DNA of 64,000 bases from Acanthaster planci (lineage: Eukaryota), in the NCBI RefSeq assembly GCF_001949145.1, contig NW_019091358.1, forward strand, positions 3,692,569 through 3,756,568. Direction: 5' to 3'. Positions 1-11,800 of this stretch are shown here, in pieces. The notes beneath the pieces were generated by a model. It made no database searches. It had not been told where the DNA came from and saw only the letters and a list, made by a program, of their open reading frames with translations. Position 1 is the first letter of the stretch; the number at the start of each line of letters is the position of its first letter. The position numbers were made by a program, and so were the translations under genes.

Positions 1-347
1 GTAAAGTGTGTTACTGCCTGGAGTGATTTCCCCTCTTTAGGTATTCAGGTATTTTTCAAACCATTCCACATAGAGGCATACAAGCAGCAGTGCACAAGTC
101 ACAATGATGATTACCTGTTTGATCTTTTAATCACAGAGTTTTGGTGTTACGTTGCATATGCTAGCTCTTTCACTAGGTGTAAAGTAGGTTGAGCAGTTAT
201 ATGCTCCAGTATACCATTGGTTCGGGTGTAACTTGTTAGGAATCAGTGTATTTTAATGTGGTTTTGAAATTGTTAAAGTTTCAGCATGCTCAATGTTAAT
301 TCTGGGTCCAGTCGCTCCGAAAACTGACATGATTTCATTCACTACAG

Positions 348-430
348 ATCTTCTTGGAGACAGAGCTGTTCTACAAGGGCATCCGCCCAGCCATCAACGT
401 GGGCCTGTCGGTCAGCCGTGTGGGCTCGGC

Positions 431-464
<34 letters not shown>

Positions 465-1328
465 TCCATGAAGCTGGAGCTGGCCCTGTACCGTGAGGTG
501 GCGGCCTTTGCCCAGTTTGGTTCTGACCTGGACGCAGCCACCCAGAACCTGCTCAACAGGGGTGTGCGCCTGACCGAGCTGCTCAAGCAGGGACAGTATG
601 GTATGTTGCTTATTGTCGTCATTTCAGGCATGGAGGATTTCTGACAATCGAATGGCCATATTTTGTGAATGGCCTTTGCTGTTGGTGATTGTCAGGTTTC
701 CTTTTTTCTGTGTTCTGCTATTATTAATACTATTCAAGTTAAGGTTACAATCTGAAGAATATTAAGTACTTAAAAGCATATTTTGTAATCAGTATTGATT
801 TTCACATGAGACAAAGAAAACAGTAAATACGATATGAGGAATTTTGGACCTGAAATTGTTTTGTAATTTACCATTCAGTTTTTAAATGCAGTACAACCAA
901 TTGCAATTGTAAATCTTTTTTCGAAATTTATGCTTATCAGTGACAGTTTATGTAACAAAGTGTGGACAGGCGTATTTTAAGATCTGTTGAGGAACTATCA
1001 ACCAGTTTTGAGATGCTTTCACAACGAATTTGTTGCATTACAAATGAGAAGCATGGCTTTTGAAATCACCAATTCCTTGTTTTTATGATTTGTAGTCCCC
1101 ATGGCCGTAGAGGAACAAGTGGCTGTCATCTTCTCGGGCGTCCGCGGCTACCTGGACAAGGTTGACCCCTCCAACATCACCAAGTTTGAGAAGGCCTTCC
1201 TGGCCCACATCCAGACCAGCCAGCAGGAGATCTTGGCTGACATCCGCACCAAGGGCTCCATTACACCAGAGACGGAAGAGAAACTCAAGGGGGTCGTTAC
1301 CAAATTCCTGGAGACGTTTGAGCAGTGA
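348..1328 (+). CDS. ATP5F1A: Mitochondrial ATP synthase F1 subunit alpha, last two coding exons (5' partial)
   Basis: Exons 348-600 ([30 protein letters not shown]...LLKQGQY) and 1096-1328 ([13 protein letters not shown]...FLETFEQ*) are joined by a phase-1 GT-AG intron. The translation matches the well-known F1-alpha C-terminus. The window begins with GTAAAG, probably the donor of the preceding intron. Confidence 0.98.
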
Positions 1329-2105
1329 GAGGTCCCAAGATAAAAATGGCCTCCAACTATCCAACTTAAAAGCGCTTCAGAATTTATATAGTTTTGGCTG
1401 GTTTTGAAAGAGGGAGAGAGAAGACTGGATTTTTGTTATTAGTATCGAATGAGATTGAATTTGATTCAAGGGTAAGACAGTTGCTGCAGCCCAGTGTGTT
1501 TAGCCCTGTCTTATCTCCTTACCTTTAGGAGAGACTGCACTTGGATGAAATCGTTGATGTTGTGAAGCAGTTCTTAAAATATGAAGTTTTCATTTTGTAG
1601 GTTGTTCACACACACACTCACATACACTCACAGTCTTCAGCCAGCATCAGAAGTACTGTGCTATGGAATGGTTCAGTTCATGTTCACTGTAGTCCGGAAG
1701 TTTTCTATGATTTCATGGTTAGATCTATTAAACCTGTTTCTCAAATGTCATTCAGTAGGCTCCCCCCCCCAAAAAAAAAACCCGTAAAGCACAAGTGAAT
1801 ATAAATTGGCTTCAGGTTAGAATTTCCTTGAAATTAAAATGTCATTAGGCCTTTTGGTTATTTATGTAAGTAAAAGTGTTGGGCCTACATTACCCTTGAG
1901 CATCTGAAGAAAATTACTGCAATTTTTGAAGTGACAGATTCATGCCGAGTTTCATAATGACCTAACTAGTGGGGTTTTTTTAATCGTTCAAGAATGGATT
2001 ATTGAAAAGAGTGCATTCAAGCTTTAGTTGCCAATGTTATTATAGCCCTGATGATATCTTTTCCATTTACTGTGGAATGTACCAGGTTTGTCATCGGCTG
2101 GCTGT

Positions 2106-2111
2106 AATAAA
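2106..2111 (+). terminator. Candidate polyadenylation signal of ATP5F1A
   Basis: AATAAA about 780 nt after the stop, followed by a GT/T-rich tract (GTGTTTTT at 2137-2144). Confidence 0.55.
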
Positions 2112-2821
2112 TATTTTGTTGAAAATTAAATTGACAGTGTTTTTCATTTTATTTTGAGTCAAATTTCATTCAATTAAATTGTCACATTCATCATTTAACC
2201 TGGAAAAACCTCTCTGAAATATACAAAAATGTGTAAGGTGTCTGCACATTTACCTTACATCGACCCTGAAAATACATTTTGCATACAATCAAAAGTGTGC
2301 TGGACTTGGGGAAACTCTCTCTACTACAAGTTTAATACAAGATGTAAGCAAACTGTCCGAGTCCTTTGACAAATTGTCAAATTTGGTCTGGACTGTAATG
2401 GCGAACGGTTTTAAAAATAAGGCAAAGTCGTTTGGTATTTAAACTGGGGGTATTGGCACTAATATGCTGTCGCTCCACTTGTGGCAAAAGTGTGAAAAGT
2501 TTATTTTCAACAAAATTAGTATTTGCCCGTGACTCGTAAACATGTTGAAGTAAGTATGTCCCTATATTTAAATCGACACAAGAAATGTAACCCACGATTC
2601 AAGATCCATATGCAGATCAGTTCCACGAATCAACTCAATCCACCAGTCAAATAAATGATATTACTCTAATGGCCCTCATTGAGAATTTATGCTGCAAAGT
2701 GCACGAGAGTCAACTGAAATTTCAGGCGTGCACTGTCCACATGGCAATTATCAGTGGACAATGTCATCAGACTAGGTGGTGGATTTAGAATGACTGCTTT
2801 GCCTTCAATCTTTTTGGCTTT

Positions 2822-5800
2822 TCATCTTGGTCCCTTCTTGTGTTTGCGTTTCCTCAGAAGTTCTCCAACCGCACTGCAGACAGAAAGACATGTGGAGGCA
2901 TGGGTCAAAAACCACCAAATAGTCAACATGAAAGATCATAATTCATTTTGAATTGAAATACTTCTGAGTTTGTGTTATTTCAGGCCAAATCGACGGAGCA
3001 CCATTTTTCATCTCTTACCACTTATGACACCTTTGTTAGCATTTAATGCTACAGCCAAGTCTTACTGACATCCTTCTTTAATTATCCCTCTTTTTAATTT
3101 TACTTCCATTTCCATTATTGTAATAGACATGCCCTTTAACTGCCGTTTCAGCACCAACTCCCTTACTGATGTCTGCCCGAAATGAAGTTATTTGTTATTC
3201 ATTTTCTATAGAAGTCTGAGCCATGCCTTGTGCACTTTTCTATAAAAGTTCATTGCTATCCAATCTGAACTGCCCATAAGGTCCTTCACATTTTCTGTGT
3301 TGCTTTGCATCTCTATCTTCTTAAAGCAATAACCCATTTGCTCCTGCATTATAATGCAGTACACTGTGCTTTAATAATTCCCTGAACAATCCAGTAAGCT
3401 ATAGAGTGCTGAGGAAATATTATTGGGAAACATCAAAATACTTGCATTACTTTAAAACTGAACCCATTTCTATCTGTTGTCTCACCTTGCCTCCTGTTTC
3501 CTTCTCTTGTAACTGAAATAGCTTGCGTTGCCATAGCGACCTGCCACATGATGCTCCTCATCTTTCCTCTCCTTCCTCCTTTGCCTTGCCTCCTTCCAGC
3601 TCTGGTGCCCCAGCTGCTGGTACCTCAGGTGGGTGGAGTTAGTGAGCTGGGGTGGGAGTGGGACTCCAAGGGGCCTGAGAGTGTTGACAAACTCCAAGAA
3701 TAGATGTGCGGAAGCCAGTTAAGGGAAAACATTACTAAAGCCCTTCTCAACATATCACCTTCCTCATCACGAAATGCAAATCTGTTTTCATAGTTTGAGA
3801 TACTCATGACACAAAAACCAAAATCTTCTGGGAATAAAATCAGTTCTGAGGTCAGTGACTCTGTGCGTGTCAATTAGTCTTCACTCCAGCCAAATTAGAA
3901 CTCTGGACCAACGCCAGGGTACAATATAAAGAGCAATGACTCAAATCCACCATCTTCTCTTCATTTTTGCATGACCATGTTTTTCAGTGGTGAAAATATT
4001 TACAGTTATTGCATGGCACTGGCCGGCGTCAAGCAATATACACTCACATGCACATCTGAAGATGCTACAATATACTTCCTATACAGATAAAAAGGCACAC
4101 ACGTGGTACTTGTGTCTTTCTTGGGCCACTGTGGTATTCTACTCAAAAGTGGGTAGGTTTAACACAATTCGTTGATAAGGATGATGATGGTATTGAACAA
4201 AATTACCACATAAGTTTCAAATTAGGGGAGTTGCAAAATTATATACATTTTTGACTGCATGGAATGCTGTGATTACACTTTTTTAAACGGGGCAGTACAT
4301 CATGCTCTTAATGGGCAATGAGATGGATTGCTGTCACGAAGACTACGGCAATTTCCTAAAGTGAAGAAAACTGCTGAGCAAACAAAATCTTTGCTCATGG
4401 CAAATGAAGGTTACCAGCCAAAATGCCATACAAAGTATGAAGCGTCAGACTGGTACTCCGCTATTATTCACTTGGCACATAAATATATGAGCTGAAATGG
4501 GACCAAAGGGTTGTGTTCCTACTCCTCGTGTTGTCATTACACAGTTTTATGGAACCAGGTGAATTTTAAAGATATTTCACTCCAACTGCACTGTGCTGTT
4601 GTGAAGCCTCTGCTGCAGCCCATTCACACACTGTGAGACCAGATACCATGTGCATAGTCTGTTAAGGACCATGAACTGATCGATTATACCGTACAAATGA
4701 AAAACCTTTTAATTACAGAGCAGGTTATCCTTCTCCCATCAAAGCGCTTACTTGAGAACCCCTCCGTGGGATATAAAATGGCACTGCTACAATCAACAGA
4801 TTAACTGCCTTCATTGTACGCCAAACGGTTAATTGCCCTTGCCAAAGTATGCATTCTGGCATATTCTCGTAATCAACTCCAGGAAGGTATGCAACAAAAA
4901 CGTGACAATGAAGAGGAAATGAAGGAAACACGTTCCAAGAGTTTTATTTTGGGTTGCTTTGCGGGCCCCGTGATAATTTATCACAATAAAGTGAAATGAA
5001 AAATACCACTGTAGAGACCTATTCATGTTCACAGTAACTGCCATAAAATGAGAAAGGATATTTTTGCTCCCGTTATTGATGAAGGTGATGGCAGTGCCTC
5101 TGCTGCCCAGACGACCTGTCCTGCCAATCTGAAAATGAGAAAAAGGACTCAACAGGCACACATATTGGGAATGTTTACAGATTACCCACCATCCTCACGT
5201 GTTCCCCAAATATTGAGGAAACTTACATTTGAGAAATATGTCACTGACAAGCGATTATAGTCACAAGACAGGGTAGAACCATCCAACATAAATGAGCAGA
5301 ACTGCGAACTAACAGAAACCATTGGCAAGCACTTTTATGAAATAGCACTCTTAATGAGTACTAACGGATTTGACGTGAAATACTCTGGTTTTTGTGACGT
5401 GCATTCCAACTGGTCAAAGTAAACGTTGAGTCTCACAGGTATCACGGTGCATAGATAACTTGGTGGCTGCAATCCAAGTTTACTTTAACACAGTCAGTAT
5501 CGCCTAATAAATGCTTGATCATTACAATTTTTTTTTTTGTAACCCAAGTGTCATCTGTGACTGGATGTTGAGGCAAAACAACAGACCTGGTGGATGTACT
5601 CCTCCACCGAGGTTGGCATGTCAAAGTTCACCACCATCTTGACCCCTGGCAGGTCAATTCCCCTACCCAGGACAGCTGTGCACACCAGGACTGGGTACTC
5701 TCCCTCCCTGAAGCCCCTAAGTGTCTCGGTGCGTTCGCTCTGGGGTCTGTCCCCGTGTAAGGAAACAGCGTGTATGTCACACATCTGAAACGAAAATGAG

Positions 5801-8800
5801 CTCGACCTAAAATTGCCACTTAATTCTAATAATTATACAATTCATATCATGGTTTGTCAGGTATTCCATATTAAACTGATTTGTCAGCATTGCATGTGAA
5901 TGAAAATAAACTTTCATTGTTTTTATATCAATAACTCTTCAGTGACAGTGCATTTTTCAGTGAAATCTACTGCATGCTGAAATGAATCCAGATTTTAATA
6001 TTTTTCGAAAAATTCAATTTTTGACTAACCGAACATACATTGTTAGTTGTCTTTTGCAATATTCGACACGTAATCAGTTTTAAAAGGGGTCGGTTTTCAC
6101 ACGCACACGCCCAGTCTGTCCCAAAGTGACAAACTTACCGCCTGGTGAAAATTTGCGTGCCATTTCTTGTTTACTTGCTGTGCCTGATTTATAAAGTGCT
6201 CCAACCACTAGTCTGGTTATCATTTGTTCCTTTGAAAGTCTATAGTGTGGAGACTGGAACCAGCCAGCCAGCCATTACCGGATAAACAGCACACTTGGCA
6301 TTTGCGGAATAAGTTTCTGGAAGTGCCATCTACATGTACATGCCTTTGGTAGTTAGGCCACAAAGGAAGACCTTTTAAAATACATACTTTTTATACAGGA
6401 GGTGCTTTCTAAAATGGTGCTATCCGGACCAATTTGAAATGATCATTTAGATATATTGGTGCTTAGTCTACCTTGTGAATTGCCAAGGATAGCAAACCAG
6501 CGCCAATTTTGGAGTCCACAAATACAACCAGTGGAGGTCTGCAGAAAAGGAGAAAAAAAGTACAGAAATTGTCATCGATGCATAAATAGCAAACACTAAA
6601 ATTGGGCACAAGAACATTTTCACTTTTTGGAACTCACCTGTAATGCTTGGGGTCCTGCAGTATGGCAAAGAGGTTCTTCTTCTTGGCTGGTTCCTCAACC
6701 CACATCACAATCTGCCTGACAGAGGTACATGGAGTGTTGGGCTGAAAGGGGTGGGGAACCAGTGACAATGAAAAATCAGCATGTATCAACTTAGCAAATG
6801 ATATACAAATTAATCACATTCTATAACCAACAAAAACTACAGAAAAAAAAATACTTTTCACAGGAATTTCAGTTAGGAAGTACGTCATGATGCACTTGAT
6901 TTCTTCATATTTAAACTTTTGTGATATCCAAATTCAACCATTACAACAAAGCAAAAAAATCTCATTCATCATAATTGCTCCATGAAGTTGATATGAAATA
7001 GACGCAAGATATTACTTGTCCAGTACTTGTCACAAGAAGACACAATTTATTTCATTTTGAATTCAAAATCTCTTTACTCTATGCAAAACAAAAAGCAAAC
7101 ACCTCTAAAGCTGAATTCTAATTTGAAAGACTTAATCTGACCATTTTGTCCCCAAAATGGACAATTTTCAGATCCCCTTTCCCACTCATATTGCACACTG
7201 TAGGGCATCTTGAACATCTCGCCAGAATTACTCTGCAAAAATATACAGGGATGTAGACATTTACCTTGCCAACTGAGATATACAGGGGACTGCGAAGAAG
7301 CGATGTGGCCATCTTCTCAATAGAGGGCGGTATTGTAGCTGAGAACAGCATTGTTTGGTGAGACTCTGGCAGATGGTCTATGACCTCAATCACCTGCATG
7401 TCATGAGAGTGAATTTGAACATTTACTCAGTACGGAAACTAATATGCCACAATAATTCTTTTCAAACTGCATTCTCACATGTCAGTGACTGAAAACTTCT
7501 TTCCCTGACAATATTCAATTTGGTACTTTTCTTGAAACAGATGAGAAATATTGAAACTATATCAGGGTCAATTTGAAATATTCTGCAAGTAAAGCTCTTG
7601 GTATTGAAAAGTAAAACTTTTCAAATTTAACCCATTAGATTCAACGTATCATTTCTAAGTCCCGTAGTTGCGGGCCACTACAGAGAGAATTCAAATTGTC
7701 ACTTGCGCATGATCAGCTGGACCATTCCTGGCATAAGGCAGTGTTGACATACCTGCTGTTGAAAGCCTTTGTGTAGCATTGTGTCAACCTCATCAATTAC
7801 AACCACCTTAATGGCTGCTAATGACACACCTGTCAACAAAATACACATGACAACACATATCATTAAAATAAGTTTATGCTCATTTTGATAAATTCTAACA
7901 AATCATTTGCAATTCTGTACTCTTTATGACAGCAATTGCAAGAATGGGTATTGAATTAGTAATTAACTTAAAACGAAAATTACCAACAATCACCATACAA
8001 TGTTCTTCTCAACACCTAGCCACCCCCAAATTTGAAATAATCTAAAATATTTCCTAGCCACAATAGACCAAAATAAGCATGACATCACTGCTAGGCCCCC
8101 CCATCACTGACCGTCTCGGCCAAGGACGTCCAAGATTCTGCCAGGGGTTGCGATGACAAGCTGGATGTCTTGCTTCAGTCGGTGCAGCTGGGTGGGGAGT
8201 GGCACTCCGCCTACAACCAGAGCTGTGCGCATGTTGGGCAGCCCTGACGAAGATAAAAAACAGTGCAGGAAATCAACACTACTTAAACGTTTACAGGGGT
8301 TGGACCGAGTTAGCCACTGAACCTTTCCCACTTCCGATGTTGAGCTGATGAAGCAACCCAGATAGGTCATGAAACTCTGTGCTTTCCCATATGAAGTTTC
8401 ATAGGCCACTGTCTTGTTTGAAAAAATTTGGGGGGGTTTTATTACCCAGATGTCTCAGAACCTTCACTAATTCAATCCTAGCTATCCAGCGGTCTGGTAT
8501 GGTGACTTGTGGATGGAATATACATGTATAAAGCTTTAAACTGGTACCGTTTTTCCTTGTGGATACAAAATACTGAAGTACACGAAAAACTGGGTATTTC
8601 AAATTCAAATCTTTAACACATTCACTGCTGACAACTAGTATACTCGTAGTAACAGGTGTACCGGATTCTGTCACTTCAAGTATACTCGTAGTAACAGGTG
8701 TACCGGATTCTGTCACTTCAAGTATACTCGTAGTAACAGGTGTACCGGATTCTGTCACTTCAAGTAAACTCGTACTAACAGGTGTACCGGATTCTATCAC

Positions 8801-11800
8801 TTTAGGTATACTCCTAGGAAATGATAGGCTACTGCAACGTAACTTGACTACACTAGCATCACTAAGAGCATAACAAACACACTGCTGGCAGTGTCCAGGA
8901 CATTCATCTGCAAAATGCTCATGTTCAAATCAAATATGCGCGCATTTGGACAACATTTGGCAAATGGGAATGCCCTGTGGAATTAGGTGTGGCAGTCAAG
9001 GTGTTAATCTAGTTGTGCATCTTTTCATTATCTTGTGATAATCTTGTGGGTTTCTCAATGTGTGGCTATACAAATCCTAAATCATATACATGTATGTAGT
9101 CTGATTTCAAGCCAGCTCTGTTAACCTTGCATCAGTTCCTTGGCTTGCTCTTCAATCTGCATGGCAAGCTCTCTGGATGGTGACAGGATCAACCCCAGGG
9201 GTCCCTTCTCATCTGTGCTATCTCTAAAGCACATGATGTTGAAGATTTGAAGAATGGTGGGAACAAGAAAAGCAGCAGCTACAGAGAGAAAACAAAAGTG
9301 AAATTGCTATAAAAAATATGTACAAAATCATGAGAAATGGGCTTCAAAGAATCTATATAAAAGGCTTTTAGCAACACTGCAGCCAATTTCACAAAACTTT
9401 ACACAATGGCATAACTCCACTTATGCTACATTTTATTGCATAGTTGTGCAACAAATTTAAAGCAATTTCATGAAACTTATGCACTGCTTAAGTCCGCGAC
9501 TTATGAAACAAATTATTGCGTAATTCACAAAGTCCTTTTAAGGGGTGTAAGTTGCACGAAATGAAGCAAAAATGAACTATTTGACTAGCTTATCCTGTCC
9601 GGTTAAGCCTCATCATTGCTGAACTTAACAAGGCTTATACAAGAAACGTACAGCTTTGTTGTGGAAGGTCATGAGAAAACTGCAAGATTTTCTGTGCGGT
9701 TCCGACGAAGACAAGAGGGAAACTTTTTCAAAATGGCGGGCGGAGGTGATTCAACAACTGTTTGATGACTGCTGTTATACTCGAAAGGTACAGCTGTTGT
9801 AAAAGCCTTTTTGGTCCTTGACCAAGAAATTTATTATCATCAAAACATGGTGCAGCTACACATCTTTTCGTGAAATCAAACATTTGCAGCTGCGGCATAA
9901 AGTTGTGCCACGAGGCTTACGCATGGTTCAAAGTTACGCCACGTTTGAAATCGGCTGCTGCAGACCTCAATCTTGCTTTACACAACCAAAAGTACTGTAC
10001 CCATAGCAACCAAAGTACTGTATCCGTAACATCAGAAGAATTTTATGCATGAATACCAGCACTGTGTACAAATGCACCCGGTGTACAAGTTGTGCACTTT
10101 CCAAAGTACAAGCACTAGAGAGCTGGGTTCAGACATTTTACAAAGAAGTAGTCCGAGAAAAATGCTGGTACATTTTGAATAAATTTCTATTTCAAAGACA
10201 GGTACTTTTTGTATTTTCAGATCAAATGAATCAGTCATCACCAAATCAAGCAGAATATATGGGAGAGGTACTATGAAACTCTGTTGACTGCTTTAGCTTG
10301 TAGTGCTTATACTAGCCTCCTTCAGTGATCTATGGAGTGTTCTATTGTCCCAAGGTGAAGCCATGAGAAAGCGAATGCTCACCCCAGGAAGCCATAGGTT
10401 CACTACATCACTCAAAGCTGTCAACATTTCCAAACTACTCTACAGCAGTGTGCTTCATCAAATTAAACCACAACTCACAGAGCACATATCAGAGCAATAA
10501 GGTTATGTGTGTAGTTTAAGCACCGTGCCGTACTTTTGCCAGAGCTGGTCTGTGCGCACACCATCATGTCACGCCACCTGAGCGCTGCCGGTATGACTTG
10601 CATCTGGACTGGCGTGGGCGTGTTGTATCCCACACTGGCCAGATTGGACCCCACTGGAACAAAAACAAAACAAGATTCCGGGAAATTGTACCATGGGTGT
10701 CAAACTGTTGACAGCGAAACGTGGCAAACTTTTTGATCATCTTGATCCAAATAATTCTTTTCTAAAAAACAAATGAAATGAAATGCAGCTTGGGTGAATC
10801 CTTTACACAGGGTAAAGTTGGAGCTTCAGTCTTTAGGCCTGTACCATTCTCATAGAGGTACGCAGTCATAAGGCTGTTGTATAAAGATCTCATTCCCTCA
10901 ACTTTAACAGAAGGGCAAGGGGCACCTCTGGTCCTACACTCAACACTACTGCAGTTCGTCCATTCAGTTGAATTTTTAACTTCCTGTGGTATTTTGCACC
11001 ACCAAGCTCTGCATATTAATGATGCACATAATTCATCTAAAATCACCAGTAAGTAACCTCAACTACTTTGGGAGATCAAACTTTCTTGTTTCTTATATCA
11101 AGTATCAAAATTTCAAAATGTTGGGGGAAAGAAAACTGGTTCAGTACTTTTCTTTGGAGCACCAAGGTGAGAGAATTCAATAATTGGTCTCGGTACATCT
11201 ACGCCTTCAACAAAGAGTTCGACCTGCAAAGTAAGTTGACGGGAAAAAAGATATTTAAAAAATTGTATTTAATCTCAGGTACTCATTCAAATGGTAATAA
11301 ATTCAAAGTTTAATATGACCCAGTGTCCAGATATCTCCCAGACACCCGGTGGGCCATTTCTCCAAACTTTTTTGGCAACTGCATGGAGAACTTCAAGAAC
11401 TCTGACACCCATTTTTAAAATCCAGATGTTTTGAAGTGCTGGTTAAATAATCTGGATCACGTGCATTCTTGCATCCTGAGTCTCTTGTAACCATACTGCA
11501 GTCCATCCCAACAATCCATTGTCTTAAAGTGCTGAGGAAAAGGCGTCTAATATATTGACATCTAGGGTTTTGGAGGTAGATTGGGTACTCAAAACTCAGT
11601 ATACAATAGATTTATCTCTTGGAAATCAACAGAAGAGAAATAAGAGGCGATTTCTTTCAAAGACCAACTGGGCCGATTTCGGAAACACGCGAGGTGAAAT
11701 TTTGTGTTTATGTTGGGTTGATTTTGTCATTTGGGAGAAAGGCACAACAGGCATGCATAAAGCATGCATGAAGATACAAGCAAACTGGTATCTTGTGGCC

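Noticed and set aside
100..330. ATGATGA C-box in the ATP5F1A intron
   Set aside because: The nearest CTGA is more than 200 nt away and there is no terminal stem.
3482..3485. DDX59 ending at the TGA given by the ORF track (..QEAR*)
   Set aside because: The TGA is part of a strong AG|GTGAG donor, and an in-phase terminal exon exists at 2873-2822. It remains possible as a retention isoform.
6865..6976. Possible intronic C/D box snoRNA on the minus strand (ATGATGA...CTGA)
   Set aside because: AT-rich, weak terminal stem, and no rRNA/snRNA antisense element that I recognise; such boxes occur by chance.
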